Assembly: GCA_030867685.1 (NCBI GenBank) | Contig: JAQOWU010000007.1 | Span: 124,001-188,000 of the forward strand | Reading direction: 5' to 3' | DNA length: 64,000 nt | DNA from: Wickerhamiella versatilis | Taxonomy: Eukaryota | Part shown: positions 1 to 10,006 of the stretch, one piece after another | Position numbering within the stretch: position 1 is the first letter of the stretch | Layout of the letters: every line of letters begins with the position of its first letter | The notes under the pieces: generated by a model | Databases searched by the model: none | Told to the model about the DNA's origin: nothing | The model's input: the letters and a program-made list of their open reading frames with translations, nothing else | Program-made: the position numbers and the translations under genes

Positions 1-197
1 ATGAGACTGCATATTCTTTCGGCACATCTTATTCTGATCGTCGTTTTGCTGATAGTAAGTCTTAAATAAAGATATGAGTTTCTGAATCAAATTCAAAGAA
101 TATTAGATATATAATTGTCAAATTATGTGAATTAGCGTGATCTCACATGATACGCAGGGTTATCTTGCAGTTATCCGAACTTAATAATGTTATCTAA

Positions 198-1928
198 ATG
201 ACTGGTGTGGCTAATACCCTTTTCGAGCCATTGGCAAGGCTTAAGTGGGGAATAATTCCCATTCGTCGCAAGGTGGATGATGATATCGAGGATACACAGG
301 GAAGTTCCTACGATGAGAAGGAGGGAGGCGTTCCACAAGGAACAACTCTTGAATATCGCGACGAGGCGAAACGACCCTGGACTAAGCTATTTGACGAATA
401 TGAATACAGAAAAAACATCTACGAACGTAAAGCGCACAAGTGGTATAAGTGGTTTGACGAGAATGATAAGCCTGCGGAGAGAAAGTTGATGTGGAAAATT
501 GATATTATACTGACACTATACTCTATGGCAGCATATTTCTCGAAATATTTAGCTCAGCAGAATCTCACAAATGTGTATGTCCAAGACGACTTTAAACGGG
601 ATATTGGTATGGGTGGGAATGACCTTGTTAACACGCAGGCTATATTCAATATTGGAAACATTGTTTTGCAGATACCCTTCGCCTATGCGCTGTATGCACT
701 TCCTCTCACATATATACTCCCTGCTTTGGACATATCATGGGCAATACTTACAATAGGAGCATCTCAGATCTCCTCTGTAGGCCAATTGAAAGCACTGAGG
801 TTTTTAATTGGTTGCTGTGAAGCTCCTAGCTACCTGGCGTACCAGTTTCTATTTGGCACGTGGATCTATGATCCAGCAATGATGACAAGACGTTCCTGTG
901 TTTACTACACCGGACAGTATCTTGGAATTTTATGCTCCTCAGTTCTGTCAGGTTCAATCATACGTCATTTTGATGGTGTCAATGGTTACCATGCATGGCG
1001 TTGGGTATTCATCTGGGATGGTATCATTTCGATAATCATTGGTGTCATTGGTTTGTATATGATTCCCGGTACTCCCACAGACTGCTACTCCATATGGCTT
1101 ACGGACGATGAAATTCGCTTGGTGCGGAATCGTTTAAAGAAGAATCACACTGCTGGAAGGGATAAGACCAATAGTCTTAGATCATTTTTTTCGATAAAGC
1201 TGTGGAAAAATATATTGCTGTCGTGGGAATTTTATTTTTTGAGCTTCTGGAATGGTTTAGGATGGAATACTAACAATGGCTCTAGTGGTGCGTATGTGCT
1301 ATGGTTGAAATCTACCGGTTGGTACTCTGAAGCCAAAGTCCAAGACATGTCAGCCATCACTCCAGGCCTGGGAATTCTATGGCTTATACTAATTGCTTTA
1401 TGGGCAGATATGCTGGAACAGAGATTTGCTTCTATATTCGGGGCACAGGTAATAAACTTGGTGGGTAATATCATTCTAGCGGTTTGGAATGTTCCAGTCG
1501 GAGCTAAGTGGTTTGCATGGATGATTCAATATTTCTGCTGGGCAGAGAGTCCACCTTTTTTCTCGGCTTGTAATGACATATTACGACGCGATATGAGGAA
1601 GAGAGCAGTCGTCATGGTTTGGCTTAATATGTTTGGACAAGCTGCTTACACCTGGATGTCGGTGATTATGTGGAAAACCGTAGAAGAACCTCGCTATCTG
1701 CACGGATTTACTTGGACAGCTTGCTCTGCATTCTCATTTGCCATGCTGTGTCCAGTAGCTATGTTTCTATACAAGCGTCAGGAGAAGAAATTCGCCCTGC
1801 AAAATGGCATTGTTCTGTATAACTCCAAGTACGAAAGCTGTCCGAGTATTTCGTTGTCTCACGAGGATTCTGACTCAGGTAAAATAGAATGGAAAGCTCC
1901 CAAGGTTGCTGTATCCCCCGCGAATTAG
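198..1928 (+). CDS. SEO1: MFS anion:cation symporter (allantoate permease family), Seo1-like sulfur-compound permease
   Basis: 576 aa with about 12 hydrophobic segments. N-terminal RLKWGIIP...EYRDEAKRPW..FDEYEYR matches the Seo1 N-terminus as recalled; WRWVFIWDGIIS is the DAL5-family motif. Confidence 0.85.
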   Translation: MTGVANTLFEPLARLKWGIIPIRRKVDDDIEDTQGSSYDEKEGGVPQGTTLEYRDEAKRPWTKLFDEYEYRKNIYERKAHKWYKWFDENDKPAERKLMWKIDIILTLYSMAAYFSKYLAQQNLTNVYVQDDFKRDIGMGGNDLVNTQAIFNIGNIVLQIPFAYALYALPLTYILPALDISWAILTIGASQISSVGQLKALRFLIGCCEAPSYLAYQFLFGTWIYDPAMMTRRSCVYYTGQYLGILCSSVLSGSIIRHFDGVNGYHAWRWVFIWDGIISIIIGVIGLYMIPGTPTDCYSIWLTDDEIRLVRNRLKKNHTAGRDKTNSLRSFFSIKLWKNILLSWEFYFLSFWNGLGWNTNNGSSGAYVLWLKSTGWYSEAKVQDMSAITPGLGILWLILIALWADMLEQRFASIFGAQVINLVGNIILAVWNVPVGAKWFAWMIQYFCWAESPPFFSACNDILRRDMRKRAVVMVWLNMFGQAAYTWMSVIMWKTVEEPRYLHGFTWTACSAFSFAMLCPVAMFLYKRQEKKFALQNGIVLYNSKYESCPSISLSHEDSDSGKIEWKAPKVAVSPAN

Positions 1929-2270
1929 ATCACTTTTATAGTATTGTGTTTAAAATAGATATCACCTGACATAATTGGTATAAGCTTTTCAATTGCTGTA
2001 CCAGGAAATCTGATTGCTCTCTGAAATAGACCTACTGCAGCGCTATATATCATAGATTTCATACGGGTAAGCAAGGATTTTTTGTATCAACACAATTACT
2101 GCATAATGTAGAAAAAAAAGAGAATGAATAGCTTCTATATTTATGCGAACTTTTTCTAGCCCGCGTATAATACAATCCCCGTGTTTGATTGTACACGCGT
2201 AAATCATTATCTCATAAATTGTGCTTATGTGATGATTGCGTGCTGCTGGTTACGTGCGATGATGTAATTT

Positions 2271-2278
2271 AACTGTGG
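2271..2278 (+). promoter_or_regulatory. Possible Met31/Met32-type sulfur-regulon site (AACTGTGG)
   Basis: AACTGTGG lies about 40 bp upstream of the monooxygenase ATG. It is a single short motif very close to the start and could occur by chance. Confidence 0.25.
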
Positions 2279-2315
2279 GGCTTAAAGAGGTGATGTTTCG
2301 ATTATCTGACCAATT

Positions 2316-3533
2316 ATGCCCAATTCAAACCATTCTGCCTCTGCTGTGCCCACTATCGATGAGCTCAATTCCCGCTTTCATCCGATATTTAAAGAAATAG
2401 CTGCCGGTGCAGCGGAACGGGACTTGCGTCGCGTTCTTCCTCGTGAGCAGATTACCAGGCTCAAAGAAGCTGGCTTCACTGCACTAAGAATTCCTCGAGA
2501 ATATGGAGGCCTCAATGCGACGTTTCGCCAAACCTTCGCGCTTCTCATAGACTTGGCAGCAGCTGACTCGAACATTGTTCAGTCATTACGTGCTCACTTT
2601 ACCATTGTTGAAGAGTTTTTAGAGGCGAATGATGTGGATGGTCTGAAGCAAATAGGTCAGGGATTAATATTTGGTAATGCAACGTCAGAAAAGGGTGTTG
2701 GAAATGTCGGACGCTTCCAAACTGCCCTGACTCCAGATCCTGCCAATCCAAATGACTATCTTTTGAATGGGTCAAAATTCTATTCAACAGGAAGTTTATA
2801 TTCTGATGTAATTAAAGTTGCAGCAGACCTTGATGGGGAACGTGCTGCTGCTGAGGTACCAGCGGATGCTAAGGGTGTTAGACAGTATGACGACTGGGAC
2901 GGGTTCGGCCAGAAGCTTACTGGATCTGGTACCACGATATTCGAAAATGTATCTGTAAAAGCTGAAAATGTAAAACTGTCCAAATGGATTCAAGGCGCAC
3001 ATCAGCCATATACCGCATATTTTCAGCTATTTCATCTGGCTGCACTGGCTGGAATTGCACGTGGAATTGCAGATGACGTTGCCGAACGGGTAAAAAATCG
3101 GAAAAGAACTTTCAGCCATGCATCTGCAGACTTGCCTAGAAATGATCCGCTGGTGCAGTCAGTTCTCGGACGCGTATACTCTGCATCGTTTGTAGCAAGA
3201 GCGGCAGTTTTGGATGTGGCAGATACAATTTCAAAAGCATTTGGAAAAGATTCACCTGAATACTGGGCTGATCAGGCGGAACTTCAGTCTGCCCAGGCAC
3301 AGGTAACCCTAATCCCATTGGTGTTATATGCGATCACTGATGCCTTCGAAACCGGCGGAGCATCAATTGTCGCAGAAGAAGCTAATCTAGACCGATACTG
3401 GCGTAATGCCCGGACTGTGGCTGTTCATAATCCCGCTATTTACAAACAGCGGGCAGTTGGAGAGTATTTTCTTACTGGAGACGCGAATACGCTCCCTTTC
3501 ACTTGGGCTGCCGGTGTCAGAACAACAAAATGA
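2316..3533 (+). CDS. Acyl-CoA-dehydrogenase-fold FMNH2-dependent monooxygenase, SfnB/DszC (SoxC)-like, bacterial type
   Basis: Motifs LNGSKFYSTGS, DDWDGFGQKLTGSGT and LDRYWRNART.AVHNP are typical of DszC/SfnB. Single uninterrupted 405-aa ORF. Confidence 0.85.
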   Translation: MPNSNHSASAVPTIDELNSRFHPIFKEIAAGAAERDLRRVLPREQITRLKEAGFTALRIPREYGGLNATFRQTFALLIDLAAADSNIVQSLRAHFTIVEEFLEANDVDGLKQIGQGLIFGNATSEKGVGNVGRFQTALTPDPANPNDYLLNGSKFYSTGSLYSDVIKVAADLDGERAAAEVPADAKGVRQYDDWDGFGQKLTGSGTTIFENVSVKAENVKLSKWIQGAHQPYTAYFQLFHLAALAGIARGIADDVAERVKNRKRTFSHASADLPRNDPLVQSVLGRVYSASFVARAAVLDVADTISKAFGKDSPEYWADQAELQSAQAQVTLIPLVLYAITDAFETGGASIVAEEANLDRYWRNARTVAVHNPAIYKQRAVGEYFLTGDANTLPFTWAAGVRTTK

Positions 3534-4387
3534 TGAGATCACCCCTGATATAAGTAACCGGTATATGATGACTTAACCATTGGTGTTTTCGCGAAATCGA
3601 CGCAGATTTGATGACCACAAAAAAAATGCCATTTTGCTTTGAATTAGTCTTTAAGCCTTTAGTCGTCGTTTAACCACTTAATCAAAGTCGCCATTGCGTC
3701 AAAAATATAATCTGGCCGTATGATAAGTTAGTGGTATAGTTTCAATGTGCGGATTATTCTAAACGGCTGTGCAAAGTTCACCATGTCTGTAGTACCTAAT
3801 TTGGCGACATAAGTTCAGAGGATCTATTTGCGATATCATATCCCATAGAATGTTTGAAACTCAGGTAGGAAGACTTTTCGAACTTATTTTATGTTGGGCT
3901 CTAAATTAACACGGTGTATCAAGCGTAAAGGAATGAACCTGCATTTTCCAACCAGTTTACGGCCATTTAGAAAAAAGAACTCGACTCCGTAGCTAAATTA
4001 GAATGATAGATGAACTAGAAATGCTGCTTGATCTGATATTGTTGGGTCCGAGACACCATCTATCTAATTTATGGTAACGTCTTAAGATCTCGTGACTAAT
4101 CAAGACCGACAGAAACCAAAAAACGCGTGTTACAGCGATTCAGGAATCGTTTTTGGCACTTGTGTCAGCTGTATATAATGGCTTCCTATAAACCTCCTAG
4201 GGCAGATGTATGTCTTGATAACTGGAAATAATGCATTAGTCTATACTAGCAAAAACAATGATGTTAGTGCATAAAATGAGATTCAGCTATAACGGTAATC
4301 CGCAGACGAAATCGCTATACATAATTCATAGTCGCATTTCCCAAGCCGAATCTAGACAGTGAAACATTGCGCAGCATACCATGAAAG

Positions 4388-5737
4388 CTATGTATGGGGC
4401 TGAGTCAAATTAACTTTTCCATTACCCCATGGCAGATCCGTGTTGTTGTGACTTAGCAGTTGCTGAGCTGGTGTTTTTCCAATCAATTCTTCCAAGTTCG
4501 GGGAGAAGATAGTCATATCTGCATATTTTCCAGATTCACCGCAAGTTCCTTGTGGAACATTCCCGTCGAAAACATCTTTGACAAAGATCATGGCACCCGG
4601 GGCCCCAACCAACATTCCTATAAGATGTTCAGGGAAGTAAACATCAGCCCATTGAATATTTGCTCCAGCGTCACACTGCTGTTGCACGTATAACTTGTCT
4701 GGCCCATAGGGGACTATTTCATCAGACACTGCATGATACACATAGCGGGGCATCTTAGGCACGGATACACCCACTGTTGATACATTCGAAAGTAGCGATT
4801 CATAACCGTAAATCTTTTGGACCAATGGGATGTCTAGCAGATATTCAGAGGTATGCTCGGTGAAGTTTGTGAAAAGGTGCGAGAGCAAGGATTGTAAAAG
4901 ACACTGATTCGGCTCTAATGCTTGGTTAATAGCTTGGCGAAGGTAATCATCGCAAATCTGATCTCTGGTCTTATTGTCGATGTCATAAACCTCCAGAAAA
5001 GCTGCAATAGTTGGTGGGATAAATCCGGCGAAAAAGCCAGCGTTGAGACTATCATATGTAGTTTTGAAATCCACGGGAATTCCTCCATATGCAGCACCGA
5101 TAACATTTAAATCACTGCCGTATGACTCCAGTAAGTTCAACATCCACGCAGTGGCATGGCCACCTCCGCTATACCCCGCAAATACCGTGGAAACATTAGA
5201 TGGCAAGCCTAATTCAGAAATTGCAGCCCTGACGCCATCAATGCCGGCACGTCCTTCTTCAAAGCCCGCATAAAAGGTATTGCGGCCTCCTTCGTGGTCA
5301 GGAGCAACAATGTAATAACCTTGTGCTAACGCCCAATTAAACCAAGGGGGAACATCCCAGTTAGATGTTAGTGCATTCGGGGAAATCAGTGAGTTTGCAA
5401 TCGAAAAGCTGGGAGCACAATTAGCGCCAGAAGAATCCTCCCATATTTGGAAAGATAGCAATTTAGGTTCGCTGCTTGGCCACCAAGGCTCAATAACAGT
5501 CGCTACACTGTGTGATGGCTCATTCTTTGTGTTATTCGTCCGGTAAAGGACCTGCGAGACATGTGATTTTTCTACCAGAAATTCGAGGGGTTCTATAGAT
5601 CGCTTTCGAATAATTTCACCCTCCCCATACGCACTTAGATTCGAAGGCGGGTTGTAGAAGCTGTCATCACTTGGTGCTGCCGTACCGACGAGTGACGCTG
5701 ATACCGCTGCGAATAGACAGAATAAGTTAACAAGCAT
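4388..5737 (-). CDS. Secreted lipase, CAL-A/LIP family (same family as the sophorolipid lactone esterase)
   Basis: Signal peptide, EDSSGANCAPS, PDHEG, nucleophile GYSGG and YHAVSDEIVP. Confidence 0.9.
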   Translation of the reverse strand: MLVNLFCLFAAVSASLVGTAAPSDDSFYNPPSNLSAYGEGEIIRKRSIEPLEFLVEKSHVSQVLYRTNNTKNEPSHSVATVIEPWWPSSEPKLLSFQIWEDSSGANCAPSFSIANSLISPNALTSNWDVPPWFNWALAQGYYIVAPDHEGGRNTFYAGFEEGRAGIDGVRAAISELGLPSNVSTVFAGYSGGGHATAWMLNLLESYGSDLNVIGAAYGGIPVDFKTTYDSLNAGFFAGFIPPTIAAFLEVYDIDNKTRDQICDDYLRQAINQALEPNQCLLQSLLSHLFTNFTEHTSEYLLDIPLVQKIYGYESLLSNVSTVGVSVPKMPRYVYHAVSDEIVPYGPDKLYVQQQCDAGANIQWADVYFPEHLIGMLVGAPGAMIFVKDVFDGNVPQGTCGESGKYADMTIFSPNLEELIGKTPAQQLLSHNNTDLPWGNGKVNLTQPHT

Positions 5738-7062
5738 GTATTTTTCGTCACATGAGTCTTGTTCTTATGTTATACGTGATTCGCGCGTGTCGATCCGATG
5801 ACAAACAAAATACCCCAACCAATTGTCCTAATTATCCTTTGTCCACAGTCGGAAACCTTTCGCTAACTTCTATAAGAAAGGTTATGGAGCCTCATCTTTT
5901 TTTCTGAGCCAGACATCGATGTCTTTTTAGCACTTTGATAGCGAAAGTAGTCTTAGTAAGATCCTGCGTGAAACAGGTCTCTCGGATGTTAGATCTGATT
6001 TTAGTAAAGCTGCGCACATCGGATGCACTTCAATATATGTCCCAAAGATACTACTGAGCGGTATAGGCGATTCAGATCTAATACAAGTCTATCCCAGGGT
6101 ACTTTATTAACTTAACCTTTTGGCTTCCTCAAGAATCATTAGATCTGCGCATACCTGGTGTCAAATTTATATCAAGATACATAACTGCTAGTGCCCAATA
6201 TTCTCTAGTAATAAGTGCAGCTTCGGCAATGCAAGATATCCCACTTGCCCGTTCCCCAGCCAGTCACAGTTAGAGAAAAGAACTTTATTGACCGTTGGTA
6301 AGTTAAATATAAGCACCGACTAATCAGATTTAACATAAGACTATGGCACGTGCCGCAAGGCGATCTCCGCGCTTTCGGCATGCTCCGTTGCCTCTATGGG
6401 GTAGACTTATTTGCGATGAATGCCTAGTTCTTATACTTTATAGAGAGTCGAAAGGATAATCAGATCTAGTAACGCACGACATTGCTTCACCAATATTCCA
6501 ACTAATGCTTTTTGAAAATAATGAACATAGGGGTCCATCAGAAACCTCCAAGTGATCAGCAAGTATCATGTTAAGCCCCAACGGAAATATCGGCCTAGCC
6601 TCTAAGCGATGAGCCCTGGCCCCAAACGGCTATATCCTAATTTTGAATGCCGATATTGACACTACCGTGTCATCGTTAATATATTTCATAAAACGTTGGA
6701 TTATGGGCAAATTGGAGAACAACTGTTCAGAAAAGGTCAAGTTTATGATACTATAGCTGGATTTTCGTCACACATAATGAAATAGGAAGAGGCAGCAATC
6801 ATCACTGTCGACTGAAAAAGGAAATGGCTCCGTGGAGATAATGAAAAGATTGGAATGCCATAGCTTTCATATGAAAACACTCCAACATCTCAAATTTAAT
6901 AATTTTCCTTCCACTAATCTTGTTAACAATTTATAATGAAACACTTAAGCTTCTGCATACTCTTTTTATTAGAGCAGGTTTATGCCGGGGCCAATTATGA
7001 ATCTTAGCTTTGCCAGTAATAAGACAATAATATAGTGCATGCAGCTCTAATACACATATTAT

Positions 7063-8295
7063 CTACTCCCTCAAAAGCGGCCCTATCTTCGAAGGCTCCC
7101 CTACCTGTACCTTCACTGGGGCGGGAAGCTCAGCCTGATTCCAGTGTACAGTAGCATAGCGAAGCCAATGGGCATACGTTCTTGGCACGTCATCCGAGCC
7201 TTCGTGATCCCTCCACAGCGAGCCAAGCGTATCTTTGAACACTCTCAGTATCAGACCATGAGCCAATTTGAACCCGAAGCTTTTTTTAAGGCATGTTTCA
7301 ACAATCTCGCGAGCAAATCGCTGCTCAGAATTCTCAGCTTCGTCTTGGTTGGGGAGGGAAAGAGACATCAATTCAAATGCACGCCGACCGTTCCACTCGG
7401 TGAACTCGTTGATGAGCTGCGAACCCACCATAAACTCAATACCATACAGGTGGTCTGCCATGTACTGCGGACCGTTCCAGCCATCTTCTTCATCCACAAG
7501 ACCCATAACTGCAGACATTACCTGGCCCTGGATGATATAGTCCGTCAAGAGCTTTCTCACCTCCTCTGGACCAATGATTTCTCCTGTTTTCTCGTCTTTA
7601 ATAGTATAAGAACCTTCCATAAGTGGAACGCCTGCCAGTAACGGCGAGCAATGCATTCCCTTTGTGTTCGTCCTACCTCCATCTGCGGCCCACAGCTGAA
7701 GAAAAAGTTTATGACATCGCACTAAGAATGGATTATTTGGGCGGGAGCCAAGAAAATAGTTGGTAAGTGAGCGTCCGTAGACACCACCATCGTGATAGCT
7801 CAAAAGCTCGAAGGATGAACGGGGGTTTCCTACCGTCTCGTTCCATAGGCGGTCCAAATCACCGATCTGAAGGAGGCCAACATCCGCGTATACTCCTCCG
7901 TATTGTAGCAGCAGTGGTAGTCGGACCAGATCTGATGTGTGTTGAGCTGGATAGTCGCCGTCAATAGACCCATCGGCAAACGCGCTGGGAAAGAGCTGGG
8001 TATCCAAGACATCAAGGAAGCGGTCAATATTTAACGAAGATCCAGGAACGCGATTCAAGATCCTTACCGTCCAGCCATTCCGTGAAAGGCGCCGGTGATA
8101 GGCCCGTACGTTGCGTTTTGCATACGCGCGCATAGATTCGTAGCCTGACTGCCAAAAGAACCACACAGTTTTCTCTCCTGAAACAGGAACGGGATGAAGA
8201 AGATCATAGTCCACTTCAGAATCGGACCGGAGGTCAAGAAGGTGAGGAGGAATGGCGTAAAGTCCCTCGGGGATGGCATAAGCTTCTTCGCTCAT
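7063..8295 (-). CDS. Capsule-polysaccharide-synthesis-like glycosyltransferase (GT32/Caps_synth-like)
   Basis: VWFFWQSG, HTSDLVRLPLLLQYGGVYAD and NYFLGSRPNNPF motifs; 410 aa, no signal peptide. Confidence 0.75.
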   Translation of the reverse strand: MSEEAYAIPEGLYAIPPHLLDLRSDSEVDYDLLHPVPVSGEKTVWFFWQSGYESMRAYAKRNVRAYHRRLSRNGWTVRILNRVPGSSLNIDRFLDVLDTQLFPSAFADGSIDGDYPAQHTSDLVRLPLLLQYGGVYADVGLLQIGDLDRLWNETVGNPRSSFELLSYHDGGVYGRSLTNYFLGSRPNNPFLVRCHKLFLQLWAADGGRTNTKGMHCSPLLAGVPLMEGSYTIKDEKTGEIIGPEEVRKLLTDYIIQGQVMSAVMGLVDEEDGWNGPQYMADHLYGIEFMVGSQLINEFTEWNGRRAFELMSLSLPNQDEAENSEQRFAREIVETCLKKSFGFKLAHGLILRVFKDTLGSLWRDHEGSDDVPRTYAHWLRYATVHWNQAELPAPVKVQVGEPSKIGPLLRE

Positions 8296-10006
8296 GACAG
8301 GGCTATGTAGCAGTGCCTTGTGGTATAACTACGAAACCACAGCCTTTAAAAAATGCGAATCAATATAGTTGGAAAAATACTTCCCGTCCTATATCTGAGC
8401 TATGATAAGAACGCGTAATGTTCTACACAGGATGATGACTCATACGTTATCACTCTGTTGTAGATACTAAGAGGTTAGACTCCTGTTGATCATACGAAAC
8501 GACTAACTAGAATGAGGCACATGAATGGAAATCCTTCTCTCATCTTCTTTGAATTGGGTTCTAGCTCGCGAGGCTTCTCTGTGGTGGTCTAAATTGGAGA
8601 CCCAGAACTTTGAATATATGCAGGCATGATTACAGATTTATAAATCAAAGCCAAGCAGACGGTATACCAGTAAACAGATTTATTTCACTCAGGTGGTCTT
8701 TCGTAGAGGCTGAGACCACCATGCGCCATCTTTCGACAGAGACATATGAAGGAAGAATATGCCAGATTTCTTGTGTATGAAGAGGAGTAAATACTAGCAC
8801 GTCATTCAGTGGTATCGTCATTATTAGCTCTGAAAGGAACATGCGGCGGCATCTAACGTGCTCCGCCGACTTGGCCACTCTTGGCCCCCCTGGTCCAACC
8901 TTGCCTGCACGACTCAGCCTTCTTGGCGGTTTGCTGAAGGTTCAGGTCCTCGCAAATGGTCGCGCGGCTTTATGTTATACACTAAAAAAGAAGTAGAGAA
9001 AAAATGCCAGAAATGCCGCAGGAAAGTTATTCGCGCATGGTCTGCGAAGCAAATTACCCGCAATTAACAGCCAGGCTACGCCGGATGTTACTAATACCAA
9101 TAGAGGACCTAGCTTTGATGTAGCTAAAAAAAGAAAAAAAATGCTATAAACTGAGTGGTTCGCTCCTTTCGAACGAAGTTTTTATTTGGATTTTTATTAA
9201 AGGCTATCTCACCTACAGGAGTGGTGGAGAATGCCAGAGATCAAGTCCAACAGTACCACCAAAATAATTACGAAAAAGGGGCGAGCTGGCCTTGAAAGTA
9301 GTAGTGATCTATGATATGAGCCTCATTCCTTGTGAAAAAAAAATCGGGCATGCGCACAAGTTAGTATCATGATCAGCTTCTGGTGCTTGGATGATTTCTC
9401 TTAGAGAGCTAGTAGCAGTCACTCCTGGCAGTAGACTATTTATCATGGACCACTTTGGGGAGATTGGATACTGGAAGGGTGAATTGACTCAAATAAGTTT
9501 CAGAATCACCCTGTCATCATTAATCTGGTCTATCATTATCTACTAGACTTCCGGAACTATTCTGCACGTCGTGCTTTCCGACTAGTCCCAGTCAGATAGC
9601 TGATAAATATTGTCTCGACATGAAAATGACATATTCCATACCTGTAAATGTGGTTCTTACTCGATTGAAAGGTATGCAGAAGACCACCTATTACCCAAGA
9701 CATGAATCCCGTCACCTAACTTCACAACTTCAATTATGATATTGCCATGACAACAACGATTTGCCCATGTTGCACGCTTGAATTATTCGTGGGATATGCG
9801 TATGCAACGGAAAAGGAAAGGATGTTTCAGGGTTCATTATTTAGCCTGCTTTTGCCGCTAGGTATCATAGAGTTGACTTAGTTAGATTAGGTATTTATTA
9901 GATTGGATAAGCTTGACACTTTAAGACTTCGAAGAAGTGTCCTCTCATAGAGTGCCAACTTTCTGATTGACCTTCTTCCGAGCTCGAACACACCTTACAT
10001 TTTGGT

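Noticed and set aside
121-150. TCACATGA and related Cbf1-like motifs upstream of SEO1
   Set aside because: Imperfect match to TCACGTG and the promoter is cut by the window edge; not supportable.
5740-7060. Possible gene relic in the long gap between the lipase and the glycosyltransferase
   Set aside because: No ORF of 60 aa or more and no recognisable motif by eye; a translated search would be needed.
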